Source of the DNA: Octopus bimaculoides
Taxonomy: Eukaryota
DNA length: 64,000 bases
Assembly: GCF_001194135.2 (NCBI RefSeq)
Contig: NC_068984.1
Location: 99,848,023 to 99,912,022 of the forward strand
Direction of reading: 5' to 3'
Shown: positions 13,451-26,699 of the stretch, in pieces
Numbering within the stretch: position 1 is the first letter of the stretch
How the letters are laid out: the number at the start of each line of letters is the position of its first letter
The notes under the pieces: generated by a model
What the model was told of the DNA's origin: nothing
What the model saw: the letters and a program-made list of their open reading frames with translations, nothing else
Database searches by the model: none
Made by a program: the position numbers and the translations under genes

Positions 13451-14456
13451 AATTAACAAAACTGTTATGACCTTAGACCCTTAGATGAAGGGGCTCTGGT
13501 TGTTCTAGTTCTGTTCATTCTCTCTTCAAATTCTACATTGGGTTGCAAATACCACAGGTAGCTAGGGCTGTTCACTCTGTCACCAATGTGTGGAAGAGGA
13601 GGATTGTGAGTTTTTTGTTAATGTAACCTAATGATGATATCAATGGTGATGGTGATGATGGTGGTGGTGAGATGATGATGACAGTGGTGGTGTGAAGACA
13701 ATGCTGGTGGTTGTGGTAAGCTGCTGATGGTGGCACAAGTGAAGATGACAGTCATAGTAGTGGTCATAGTGGTGGTCATGGCTGTGGTAGTAATAATGAG
13801 GAGGAAAAAGACTTTCTTTCCTATCAGCTGCCATGAAACATCAGTAAACAGTTTGAGAAAAGTAGATTATCCATCATAATGTTGGATCTTACATCTGGCA
13901 TAGTATTATATTTTATATCTATCAAAACTGTTAGGTCTTGCATCTGTCACAATGTTCAGTCTTATGTCTGTCATAATATTAGGTCTTATATATTTTTCAA
14001 TGTCTGTTCTTACTATTGCCAAAATGTATCTCATATTTAACATAATATAGGTCTCAGTCCCATCATAATGTGTGTTTTATATGAACCACAACTCTTATCA
14101 TAATGTTGGATTCCCTAACATAATTTTGGGTCTTGCGTGTTATAAGGCAAGATAAAAGATCAGTGAAAATATATGTCATAAAACCTGTCCGTACTTTAGT
14201 GATATTGGAAGAATATCTGTTATGGCAGTAAAGGTGGTGGTGATGGTGATGGTAGTAGTGGTGGTGTGGAGTGACAGTGGTAGGATGGTGGTGGTGATGG
14301 TGGTAGTACTAACAGTGATCTGGTGTCATCTCAGTTGTTAAACTGGAATGATACACAACCAACATTCTGGATGGAATGTAAAATTGCAGACATACTCAAC
14401 CCACACTAGCTAGGGATATTATAGCAGTTAAGATAATGTTGAAAACAAATATATAT

Positions 14457-14495
<39 letters not shown>

Positions 14496-14500
14496 TCTCT

Positions 14501-14550
<50 letters not shown>

Positions 14551-15164
14551 CTCTAAATAACACAATTATTTGCTAGAGAGGTTTTAAGTCCAATTTATTT
14601 TTATTGTTGTTGCTTTTCTCTTTTATCTGGTGCCAAAGGAAACCCAATCAGATCAATAACATCTTTGATAAATATCGATTTACTATTGTTTTGCTTTATT
14701 TTCTTATATTTATTTTTATTTTATTTTCCCTTTCAATTTCCTCTCTATTCTCTCTCTCACTCAGACAATGCTTTATATTTACTTGAAAAACTAAGAGTTA
14801 CTAAAAGACACTAGAAATGGGATGAATGAAAGAGGGAGAAAATTAAAGAGAATATACTTCAAAACCCCATCAAAATAAGGGGTCAGCCTTACAGTTCATA
14901 GCTTTGTGCCATGAATTAGATGGTTCTGGAGAGCTAATAATGTTTATTTTCTATCTTTTCTAGTCTCACTAAACAAGCAGAAACTATATACATATATGTA
15001 TATGTGGGAATCAACCGAAATTTATACATGTATGTATAATGAGTGTGTATAAGTGTCCCCTTCACAATGTGTAGGTGTATACACACCACACACACACACA
15101 CACACATATATATACATATCATAATCTTGATTTTACATCCCCTTTTCCATGCTTGCATAGATCA

Positions 15165-15345
15165 GGCAGAACCATGGCTATATGGTTAAGAAGCTTACTT
15201 TCCAACCATGTGGTCTTGGGTTCAGTTCCACTGCACAGCTTCTTGGACAAATGTCTTCTATTATCGCTTCAGATAAATCAAAGCCTTGTGAGCGGTTTGG
15301 TAGACAGAAACTGTGTGGAAATTCATTTGTGTGTGTGTATGTGTG
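15165..15345 (+). mobile_element. SINE family A, tRNA-like 5' half
   Basis: A-box-like tggctatatggttaag, B-box-like ggttcagttcc, then cttggacaaatgtcttcta and gccttgtgagcggtttggtagacagaaactg. Confidence 0.8.
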
Positions 15346-15547
15346 TACATGCATAATTCTGTGCATCCTTGTCTTCATATCATGTGAGTCCTACCGTCGT
15401 ACCAGCAATGTTGTTAGTTTCCAATCTCCTTTGAAAAACATGTCTGGCCATAGGAAATATTACCTTCCTTGGAAACAGGTGAGGTTTGGTTACAGGAAGA
15501 GCATCTGGCTGTAGAAAATTTACCTCAGTAAATTCTCTCTGGCCCAA

Positions 15548-15652
<105 letters not shown>

Positions 15653-15789
15653 AAACTTTGGCTTTTCAACTGCCAGTGAGATAACAGGAAAGCTTACAGA
15701 GTGGATAGTTTCATCTGTAACAGATGTACAGCATTAGTTAGCAATAAGAATACATGTGATATAAATTTCTTAAAATGCTTTGAAGGCTC

Positions 15790-16460
15790 ATTAGAAGTGG
15801 CTGATAGCAAATGTTATCTATATAATTGAATTGGCAGTAGAGCTGTATCTTCCAGAAGCAGCAGCAATAACAACACCAGCAGCACCAACAACATAAGGAC
15901 ACATACATGAATATATGTTGGATCAACAAAAGGCCCCTTTAAGTTGCAACTAAAAAAACACAAGTCCTCCTTTAGGATCCCTTAGAGGCACAACATTATA
16001 TCTTTGACCAGCTACATGTGGCATTTAAAAGAAGAGGGAACATAATATAGGATTCAACAGAAGCTCCTGGAGCAGCCTGGACCACCTCAATGGAAGTAGA
16101 TGATGCAAGCTTTGCTTAACTGAGAAAGCAAGGATTCTAAAAAATTCACTTGATATGAGTGCTGTCATGAAAGAAAATTCGTGTTGGAGAAATGAGCTTC
16201 CCTGCATGCTGACTAGTGAATGGAAAACGTACATAAACTGACCCTTATCAGACATAGCTGGAACCATACAAAGTGAGATAACTCCATCTCTCCCAGAAGA
16301 GGTTTTTGCTTTGAAGAATTCTGTTTCATTTTTTTCACCTCTATGCTGACAGGACTGTATTCTTACCTCCATTAATAAAAAGGTTATGTGCTTCCAGCCA
16401 GTAGGCCTGGTGAGTTGCCTATATTGCTAAGAGCAATGATAGGTATCTAACTGCTGGCTA
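15790..16460 (+). mobile_element. Penelope-like element remnant (GIY-YIG endonuclease plus 3' region)
   Basis: Manual translation across stops and frameshifts: ANVIY (~15807), YVGSTKGPFKLQLKKHKSSFR (15914), SLTSYMWHLKEEGT*Y, NGSR*CKLCLTEKARIL (16089-16140), matching the PLE GIY-YIG and C-terminal CxLCxxEK pattern. Confidence 0.8.
16394..16457 (+). ncRNA. Decayed type I hammerhead ribozyme in the Penelope 3' region
   Basis: Stem I ccagccagtaggc / tctaactgctgg (bulged), CTGGTGA for CTGATGA, stem II GTTGC..GCAAT, GATAGGTA for GAAACGTA; at least three core substitutions. Confidence 0.5.
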
Positions 16461-16552
16461 TAACCAACAACTACATAAAATATTACTGGCCAAAAAGATG
16501 TTTTAGAGCAAGCTTTTTTTCAGACTTATGAACAGCTGACAAATTATATATA

Positions 16553-17155
16553 NNNNNNNNNNNNNNNNNNNNNNNNNNNNNNNNNNNNNNNNNNNNNNNN
16601 NNNNNNNNNNNNNNNNNNNNNNNNNNNNNNNNNNNNNNNNNNNNNNNNNNNNNNNNNNNNNNNNNNNNNNNNNNNNNNNNNNNNNNNNNNNNNNNNNNNN
16701 NNNNNNNNNNNNNNNNNNNNNNNNNNNNNNNNNNNNNNNNNNNNNNNNNNNNNNNNNNNNNNNNNNNNNNNNNNNNNNNNNNNNNNNNNNNNNNNNNNNN
16801 NNNNNNNNNNNNNNNNNNNNNNNNNNNNNNNNNNNNNNNNNNNNNNNNNNNNNNNNNNNNNNNNNNNNNNNNNNNNNNNNNNNNNNNNNNNNNNNNNNNN
16901 NNNNNNNNNNNNNNNNNNNNNNNNNNNNNNNNNNNNNNNNNNNNNNNNNNNNNNNNNNNNNNNNNNNNNNNNNNNNNNNNNNNNNNNNNNNNNNNNNNNN
17001 NNNNNNNNNNNNNNNNNNNNNNNNNNNNNNNNNNNNNNNNNNNNNNNNNNNNNNNNNNNNNNNNNNNNNNNNNNNNNNNNNNNNNNNNNNNNNNNNNNNN
17101 NNNNNNNNNNNNNNNNNNNNNNNNNNNNNNNNNNNNNNNNNNNNNNNNNNNNNNN
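16553..17155. other. Assembly gap
   Basis: 603 N between TA repeats. Confidence 1.
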
Positions 17156-17689
17156 ATATATATATATATATATATATATAACAGATTCTTTCAGTTTCTG
17201 TTGTATCTGCCGTTTCCAATGTTGTGGTATCACCACAATATTGTGACAGATGGTGTTGACACACTGTATCAGCGTTGTAACAATAAACAAGATAACAACG
17301 CATCCATAATAACGACGTAACGATCCAACAATCAATATTCCAAACAAACTAACCAACCAACACCTTCCAACTTCACTACAAACTCAACTGAACTAACGCA
17401 CAAACTTCATTCCAACTACTACTATTTATAATTGCTCAATCCAGTCTATTTTTCACAAGGGCTTGTCGTGACTCTCATCACAACATATCCCCTTTTGAGA
17501 TTTTGACTTCTGTAAGAAGTGAAATTTATTTTATTTTTTTATTTTTCCTGCACCTCTCCCTCTCTCTTTTTTTAATTTATTTTTTAAACTTAATCTTTTT
17601 CATTTTGGCATTATTTCTAAGTGTACGTCTGTTTCCTTTTTCTACTGCTGCTTGTACAGGGATCAATCTCTTTCAGCACTAACACCTCA

Positions 17690-17889
17690 AACATGTTGTA
17701 GCAAACTTCCATTGGTATTTCCATTCATTTTTCAGTATGTCGCATCTTTAATTGGTTTCGGTGTCTCTTATGTTGCCAACATTGTCCTTTAATTACATAC
17801 ATCATGTTTCCTAATCTTTTAGTTATAAAACTATCCTCCAAGCCTTCTTTACCATTTTTTAAAATTTTTAAATGAACTTTATCTCCTAC
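17690..17889 (-). pseudogene. Integrase C-terminal remnant of the LTR element
   Basis: VGDKVHLKILKNGKEGLEDSFITKRLGNMMYVIKGQCWQHKRHRNQLK, resembling Mag integrase tails (G.V.KR.G..MY...KRH.NQL). Confidence 0.7.
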
Positions 17890-18407
17890 TTAAAACTTTA
17901 ACACATTTTGTTGACTGTTCTTGCATACTTTGTAGTCACCATCCTCTTTTTTAGTTAAATTCCAACACTCCATTCGAGTGTTAAATAGATAAGTTTTATC
18001 ACTGAACATGTTAGACAGTAATTTGATTGTTTCCTGAAAACAAATTTCACGAGAATTTTGGGGCAATATGAAATTACAGTATCATTCATACTCAGACAGA
18101 TCTAATTTACATGATAATAACCTTACTTTTCCTCGTCTTTCAATGTTTTGCAATCTTCCTTAAAAATCTCCTCATACCTCCTGTAGTACACTGCAAAAGT
18201 TATACCCTCCTCTGGGTTATAACTGAATTCTGTTATGGAGTTCAATACGCCGTCTGGTGAAAATGAACTTACTGCATTTTCGGACTTCTTTGCATATATT
18301 TCCAATAATTGTTGTTGTTGTTGCTGTACTAGTTGCTTCTGCAACTCCTGTTGCTGCTCTTGTTGCTTTTGCAACTGCATCATAGAAGGTAATAGGTCAT
18401 CCATCAT
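17890..18407 (-). pseudogene. gag N-terminal remnant of the LTR element
   Basis: ORF ...FSPDGVLNSITEFSYNPEEGITFAVYYRRYEEIFKEDC...DEEK; after a frameshift VRLLSCKL...YCNFILPQ...FSDKTYLFNTRMECWNLTK. Confidence 0.8.
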
Positions 18408-18889
18408 TTAACAATTTGTATCATGAACAAATTGTTAAATAACCTATGTAAGCTTTGAAACCCTCATCACCAGATGTTGTATCCTCTGTTGCCAATGTCG
18501 TAGTACTACCACGATATTGTGATGGTTGGCTTTGATACACTGTACCAGTGTTGTAATAATAAACAAGATAACAATGAAGCCATAATAATAATATAATGAT
18601 CCAACAATCTCTTCACAGACCAACAATCAATATTCCAAATGAATTAACCAAGCAGCACCTTCTGACATCACTGTGAACTCAACTCAAACTAATGCACAAA
18701 CTTCACTCCGACTGCTACTGTATATAGTCACTCAGTTCAATCTATTTCTCGCAAGACGAAATTGTGACTCTCATCACAACAGTTCCCATCTGCAAAATCC
18801 ACCCACAAGGCTTTGATCAGCCTTGGGTTATAGTAGAAAACACACATATACATATATATAAACTTATTCCTACTTAAACATAGATGTTC

Positions 18890-19500
18890 CATTAAAACAA
18901 ACTTTACTGTAGAAGTTACCATGAGAGAAGCTTTGTTATTGGCTTTTTGGTGCAAAATGCACTCTTGTTTATATTGCTAGCTGGGAGATAAATCTACTTC
19001 CAGCTTCAAGACCACCAGAACATGTGATTTTGACCTTGTTTGGTCTTATCAATGGTGGACAATCAACTGCTAGTGACAGCAGTGATTCATCTTCCCCGTC
19101 AGCGATAGATAGATTGACAATGCCAGGACAGGTGCTGGTGTTGTGATTAGTGAGTTAGCTCATTAAAAAATATATATTAGAGACAGAGGCAGTATTCATA
19201 CTGAGAGTTAATATTTATTTCCACTTAGATATGGATATTTTATTAGAACAAACTTCTCTGCAGTAGTTACCATCAGAAAAAGTCTCACATTGGCTTTTTG
19301 GTGCAAAATGCACTTTTGTGTATATCACTACCTCCAGCACCATGACCACTGGACCATGTGATTTTGACTTTGTTTGGTCTTATGAGTGATGGACACTCGA
19401 TGACTAGAAACAACAGCGATTCATCTCCCTGCCAGTGATATATAGATTGACAGTGCCAGGACAGTTGTTGGTGTTATGATTAGCCAGTTAGCTTATATGT
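18890..19500. repeat. Unclassified interspersed repeat, two tandem copies
   Basis: attggctttttggtgcaaaatgcac...gattttgac.ttgtttggtctta...tagattgaca.tgccaggacag...gattag..agttagct at ~18935-19165 and ~19285-19495; third copy ~38070-38290. Confidence 0.8.
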
Positions 19501-19664
19501 ATATATATATATACATATATACTGATATGTTCATTCATTTATCACTGTGATTTTACTCTGGGGCTACTCTGAGTTCTCTTTGAAGGGAGAAATTGATTAA
19601 CAATGAAGTAAAGGCTCCTCTTCAAATGAATGACTAATAAATTGGATACTTTTCTTTCTCATTT

Positions 19665-19703
<39 letters not shown>

Positions 19704-20213
19704 CAACTGCATGTTCATACACATGTACATATGTAACACATTAATGTATGCAAAGTAAAAATAAATCACATGAGATTTAAGAAGATGGTATTATTAAACA
19801 AAAGAATAACTGAAGAATGAAAAACATAACTCAACCCAAGCAATGTAATTCTTGAATTTAGAAAACTAATCTGTGGAACTATCTCAGTTCTTTGTTTTTG
19901 CTTTGGGGTTTTTCTTGTTGTTTGTGGTGATGGTGGTCATGGTGGTGGTGGTGGCAGCAGCAGCGGTGGTGCTGCTGCAGGTGAGGAGGAGGAGGAGGAG
20001 TAGGTTGGGGTTTGTAACACATGAGTTTGAAGGGCAGTACATTGAAGGGCAAGAGTTTTGTAGGACAGATATAATTTGTTATCTATGCAAAACAATAACA
20101 ACAAAAAAGTTATTGGCATACATACAAAGCCATCTGGTCTTCATTAAATCTCAATTCTTTCTTTCTTAAAGAATATTCCCATGGTTGATTTGACTATGTA
20201 GGTAATGTATTAT

Positions 20214-20244
<31 letters not shown>

Positions 20245-21244
20245 CATACATGCACATACACTGGTACACAAGAACATGCATACCCACATGCACAGAGATG
20301 TAAGAACATTTTTGTGTGCCTATGTATGCATATATATATATATATATATATATATCTCGTTAGTATATCATAGACCTGAAAGAGAAGCACACTAAGTTAT
20401 AGAATAGTAGAGTAATTAGTTCAGGATAGTTATGGCTGGTAAAGTTCTTAACTTTATAGCATCTCTTCAAACCGTAATGGCTGGTTTATGGGTGTGAAGC
20501 CCTGGGTAACCCCATAGACTGACCATAACTATATTTATCTAATATATATATGTGTGCGTATGTGTGTGTGTGTGTGCTAAACGTTAATGAAACATTAAAC
20601 CTGTATTAACGGCAGAACTTTGTTCGTGTTGTTTTTTTTTTTTTCATAAGAACCCCTTACAGTTAATTTCTAGCAACAGTCTCCCTAAATTCATCATAAC
20701 CATCAACATTTCTTGAATTTCACTGTCTCATCTTCAAGATGAAGATTATTATTGACACCTGTAGCTGCCTCATTTTCATACTAGGCAAATATTTAAGTTA
20801 CTAATATAAATTTGATCATTAGGTTCATATGTAATCAGTTACAAGTTTATTTTGTTGGTGATGCATTTGTGTATTGTCTTTGTTTATTTTAATATTGTGC
20901 TGTGTTATGAGTAAGACTTCCAATATTGTCTATATTTGTAGGAAATTTTGTAAAGTGTAAAAATATTATCTAGTAAATAATTCCTAACTAGATTTGTTTT
21001 GTATTATGCAGCACTCTTGTTTGTAAATGCATAACCATTGTGTGGCTAATACAACAGCAGGAGTCATGATGTTTACAACTTTTACATTTACTACCAAATT
21101 TAATCATCTCCTTGCACTTTTGTAGCTTGTTCTCAAGTTTAGATGTTGTTGGCTTGCTGTTGATGATGTAGTTTTGGATTCTAATAACTGCATTTTCCAA
21201 ATGGGAAATTTTAAACTATTTCAGGCTTGGATATAAATCTGTTA

Positions 21245-21535
21245 CTCTTTACTCTCTTTTACTTGTTTCAGTCATTTGACTGTGGCCATGCTGGAGCACT
21301 GCCTTTAGTCGAGCAAATCAACCCCAGGTCTTATTCTTTGGAAGCCTAGTACTTATTCTATCGGTCTCTTTTGCCGAACTGCTAAGTTACGGGGACGTAA
21401 ACACATCAGCATCGGTTGTCAAGCGATGTTGGGGGGACAAACACAGACACAAACATACACAGACACATACATATATATACATATACGACAGGATTCTTTC
21501 AGTTTCTGTCTACCAAATCCATTCACAAAGCTCTG
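21245..21535 (-). mobile_element. SINE family A, 3' two-thirds
   Basis: Near-identical to 1256-1458 plus the central ttctttcagtttctgtctaccaaatcc segment. Confidence 0.88.
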
Positions 21536-22789
21536 TGTGAGTATATGTGTGTATGTGTGTGCATGTGCAAGGGAATTATGTGAATGTTTGTATGTGTGAG
21601 TATTATGTACCTTATTTTGTATCTTATTTATATATAAAATACTACAATTAGCCGTCATTATTGATGGCACATGGTCACCTAGTATAATCATAGTGAAGAA
21701 TTGTGAGATTCATTAGAGCATCAGATACAATGCATTGCAGTGTATGTTCCTGCTCTGTGTGTTTTGAGTTCAAATTCCACTGAGACCAATTTTGCCTTTC
21801 ATCCTTTCAGGGACCATAAAGTGTCATTTCATGACAGCAGATTGATGGCGCTGATAGGGAGTCTGATGAGATGCTTTCTAGTATTTATTCCAGCACTTTG
21901 CATTCTGACAGCAATGTCAGCAAAGACACTAGTGTCAGGTTGTTTCAGTTCTTGCTGTTCACTTGAATAACATTGGTGCTGTGGATAGTAGAAACTTGCA
22001 TGCCATAGGCAACTATGGGTTTTGCATAAAAATCCTAACCTGACCTGCACATTGAACAGTAACATTCTAGACACAAATCAGTGGCCACCACTGACATTTG
22101 GAGTCCTTTGAGATAAATACACACACACACACACACACACATCATCATCAACATCACCATCATTTTAATAATGTTAACTTTACCATGAATTCATTGATGC
22201 ATATTTTCTTTGGTTGGATGCCTTCCTGCTGCTAACTCTCACCTGTTTTCAAATAAAATGATATTTCCCTGTGGCCAGATGTATTTTCATGGAGGCTTAG
22301 AGACAAACAGCATCTCTTTTATGACATAATGCATGATCGCAATTACTGTACAATGTTGAGACAAAGAAACACACACACACAACAGGCTTCTTTCAGTTTC
22401 TATCAACCCAATCCACCCATAAGGTTTTCAGCTGGTACAGGACCATAGTTAAAAACAATGATTTCTCAAGATACCAAGCAGTGAGACTGAAATCAAAACA
22501 ATATAATAGGGAAGTGAACTTTTTAACCACATGACCATATCATATATTATGTGTGTATGTATGTGTGTTTGTATAAAAAGATTAGGAACAGCTAAAGACT
22601 TATCTGTCTCCAAGTACTGATATGTAATAAGATTAGATTCTCAAGGAATCCCAGTCTTCAAACAAGTTTTAATCCTCATTTCAATTTTTCAATCAACTAA
22701 TCAGATTCAACAGAATCTTCATTAGCTGCTATAGTTTTCTGATTAACAATTTAATATGAATATTATAAACTACATTAAGTACATCACAT

Positions 22790-23225
22790 TGGGGATTGAG
22801 TAGTTGTAGTGTGTATGTTGGTGTGTTGTGATTGTACTGTGTATGTTCGTGATTGTTGTGTATATTTTGTTGGTGTGTTAGTTGCTATGGTGTATGTACG
22901 TTGGCTTCTGTATTGTGTATTTTGGTGTTTATAGTGTATATATTGGTTTGTTGTAAGTGGATGTAGTGAGTGTAGGTGTGTTCGTGGTTGTAGCATGTAT
23001 GTTGAGATATTTGTAGTTGTTCTGTTGTATGTTGGGTGTTCATGGTTGTAGTATGTACACTAGTGACTCTGGTGTGCATGTAATGTTGGTGTATTTGTAG
23101 CTATAGTGTGTGTATTTTTGAATGCCTGTGTTATGTATGTTGATGTCTTTTTGGCCATTATGTGTATGTATGTGTAAAAGAATATTCCTGTGTACTATAT
23201 TTGTGTGTTCATGTGTGCATGTGTG
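22790..23225. repeat. Degenerate GT-rich minisatellite
   Basis: Recurrent ggttgtag.gtgtatgttggtgtg-like units. Confidence 0.6.
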
Positions 23226-24244
23226 CAGAATTAACTCTTTTGTCTTTTGTCATCCAACAAATTGGAGACTTATTTTGAAAGAAAGAAGGAAGACATAAAT
23301 TTTATCAAACATTGCTGTCGTTGAACTAATTAAGAAAAATACTTCATTCCATTTCATCACAAATTTATTTCTTTTGATTAATTCTAAAATATTTTAATCA
23401 CATAATTTTACTGGCTCCAATTAACAAATATAATATTAACCATGAAATAATAATTAGTTTCGTGAAGAATCTTTTTTAAAAAACTTTTATTTATGTATTT
23501 CTTTCATTGTTTTTAAATTTTACCAGTTTATTTCTTCTGTACAAAATCATCATCTGACATTCCATTCTAATGCAATCCATCCATCACATGGCATGGCACG
23601 ACACTCTCTAATTAACTGAACTTCTCTTCCTTAGCAAATATTTCTACCACTAATTCCATTTCCAAAACCGCTGTCTTCTAATCAGGTTGTTCTTATTGTT
23701 TATGGTGCTGTTGTTAATTCCAGGTCATCCTTGCTCCTACAGACTAGAGTTTTCCATTTATCACCCACCCTCCTTTTCTATTCAGCTAGTGAGGTGTAAT
23801 TTAAGGGATATTTTGTGGTAAAGTTAAGTGGCCATGAAAGAAGCTGCCTCATTGGCTTGTGTTGGTGTTGGTGCCAGGTTAGCTCTGATCAAACTAGTCT
23901 ATGATAAAAAAAAATTACCTACCAGCTATGGCCATCCCATCTTTCTTGTTTTTCGGTAACAGTGTATCTCAAAATCACATAATCTAATGTGACTTTTTAA
24001 AGTTGTTAGTGTGTGTGGTTTGACAGAGAGGTTTAGCTGCTATCAAAAGATGTTGACAGCCCTGACTAATCTCCTGATCCCACCCAATCTACATACATTT
24101 GATCTGCATCGACAGGTAGACCACCGTAGATTAGCTAGCAACAGAGTTTTGAGGCTTTTACTCAGCCATTGAATTAACAGAAGTTGAATGGCATTACAGA
24201 ATGTGTTCATCCCTTTTTTTTAAAGTCAGTAGGGTGATTTGTGA

Positions 24245-24565
24245 AGGTGCATGGCTCAGTGGTTACTGTATCAGGCTTGAAATTGTGAGGTTGTGAGTTC
24301 GATTCCTGGACCAGGTTGTGTGTTGTGTTCTTGAGCAAGACTCTTAATTTCACATTGCTCCAATTTGTTTAACTGTAGAAAAGAGTTGTGATGTCACTGG
24401 TGCCAAGCTGTATTGGTCGTTGCCTTTCCTTTGGACAACATCAGTGGCATAGAAAGGGAAGACTGGTATGTATGAGAACCTACTGGTCTTCCACAAACAA
24501 CCTTACCCAGACTTGTCTCTGGGTGCAATCCCATGCTCATTCGTGACTGAAGGGGTCTTTACCCT
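24245..24565 (+). mobile_element. tRNA-derived SINE family D (V/Meta-domain-like)
   Basis: A box tggctcagtggtta, B box gagttcgattcc, then gttgtgttcttgagcaagactcttaa. Confidence 0.75.
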
Positions 24566-26699
24566 AGGGTGATTTAGTGGCAGTTTTTGTCCATCACAAG
24601 TACCCATGAAGTGGTACCATTGTTGACTTGTGTATAATATAAGGTAGTGTGTGGTTGATGGGGTTTAAAGTGGTATGGGGTGTAGTGCTGGTGTATAATA
24701 TGTTGCTCTTGTTAATCCCCTGGTTAGCTCTGATTCACCAGAATAGTCACCAAAATTATTTCAACTGTGACCATCCTGCTTTTTTATCAGCCATTTTGTC
24801 TACTTTGGACTACATTATCTGATGTGTAAATTATTTTAAAGACAGCAAGGTATGATTTATGGGATATTTAGCTGTTATTTCTTTCAGTTCAAGCAGCAAT
24901 GTAAAAAATTATCCCTTAGGTTGTCAGGTAGTTTTGTTGTTGCTGTTGTTGTTGTTGCTCTTGTTATTATTGTTGTCGATCAAGCCAAGTAGATAGGAAG
25001 ATATGAAAATGTCATGACCATGTGCCCAGTATTAATACTCCACCATCATAACTACTATCAACCCCATCTCCACGACCATCACCACTCTTCTATCACAACC
25101 ACCATACCTGCATTATGACCACCACCACCACCACCACCAACATACTATCATCACCATTAGCATACCACCACCACATCCTAATACCTTATTGGCCATACTA
25201 TTACTACCACCATGATTTTATTTTAATACGATTTGGATTTTAATTGATCATTTGTTGACAAATGTTTCTTTTAAAGCTTAAATTCCACCAAATTGATTAT
25301 AATCTCATTTTAATTATTGTTAAATTCCAGTCCTTCAGTGTTCTTCACAGTAATGGAAAAGTTAGCATTCTACTGAATGTATCAGAGGGACCAGGTTTTG
25401 GGTTTATTACTAAGAGGGCACATGAAAACTGTGAGTGAAATTTAGTGGATGAAAACTGTGTGGAAGCTTGTTAGAAAGACTGCCTTGAGCATTTTACTTC
25501 CATCATCTGAAAATATTTTTGCTTGCATCTACTTGAGTGTAATTATTTGGACCAGATCTCTCATTTGAGGATAACTCACTCATTTCTTCCTACCAGTTTC
25601 AATAACCTTGGACAAAGGGCTCTCATTTAGCCCTAACAAAATATGTAATAAAAGATTTAACTAAAATGTGGATTTTTTTGTTTGATCTGAGGTCAATCCT
25701 AGCTGTGCAGACCTATGATGACTATTCTGTCCCCTTAAATATTATGTTCCTAGGATCGCCTTATTTAATATGTTTTTCTCCATTCAAGATTTAAGGGTGC
25801 CATTTTGAGGGAGATTTGACTGTTATTTCTTGCAGGTCAATTACACAATATGGAGGCCTGCCTGACAGATTGTGGGTTTTTCAGATATACAGAAACTGGT
25901 TGATAGAGGTTTTATCTTCTTCTGTCTGCTAACTTACACTTAAGTTGAACATGATGTTTTTGAAAGTCCAAAATACCTAAGGTCATTGCTCCACATAGTA
26001 ATACAGTGGTACTTGAGATCACACCCTTGTCTCCTTCCTTAAAGTACAGGTAGAGTCATATGGACTTGGGATTCTGTGCTGCAGTCTTTTGCTTGAAGGA
26101 ACCTATGAGATACCAATATCTTCCAGGTTCAAAATTAATCTGCATTCATACCTAGTTAATATCATACTTTATTGTACTGACTCTGGATGAAGGAAAAGCA
26201 AAATTGATATCAGCAGGTTGAACTTTGAATATGAAGGATCAGGACTCAACACTACAAAACATTTTGTCTGACACTTTAATGATTCTACATATCTACTACC
26301 TCAAGAGCACAACTACATCTTTTTGAGGATGTGTCTGTTGTTATGTGAAAGAAAAGAGCTGGCTCAGATCTGGATTTGTTGGTAATTATATAAAAACAAC
26401 CTTACTAGAGAATGTATCTGCAGCTAATTCTAATTGTAATGTCTGATTAAGGGTTAGATTAGTTGCATCAATCATTTTGTGACCATATTTCTGTTGAAAT
26501 GCTTTGTATTTGTTTCAATTTATTTTGAAAATGATGAAGAATTTAATAAAATAACTTGTCATCATTGAGCTGGAGTTTGAAACAAATTATCATGAAATTT
26601 TGATGGAAGAATTAGATCACTTTAAAGCAAGAAGTTTGTATCATAGAACCAGGGTTGGTCTCAGGCAGATTGGTATCAAAGAGGTTAAATATAATATTC

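Larger units (their letters stand above)
17199..18781 (-). mobile_element. Internally deleted Gypsy (Mag-like) LTR retrotransposon
   Basis: LTRs 18475-18781 and 17199-17485, both TGTTG...CAACA; PBS TGGTGATGAGGG (18461-18472); PPT AAAAGGGGA next to the 3' LTR; flanks gtttc (17194-17198) and gttcc (18782-18786) form a 5-bp TSD with one mismatch; inserted in a family A SINE. Confidence 0.9.

Noticed and set aside
18123-18407. Poly-Q ORF as a host gene
   Set aside because: It follows the PBS between two LTRs and continues into gag motifs.
19873-20169. ORFs on both strands, with a strong minus-strand acceptor near 20085
   Set aside because: Dominated by trinucleotide repeats; no donor or recognisable homology.
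20988-21200. Cys-rich 70-aa minus-strand ORF
   Set aside because: Weak splice context and no recognisable domain.
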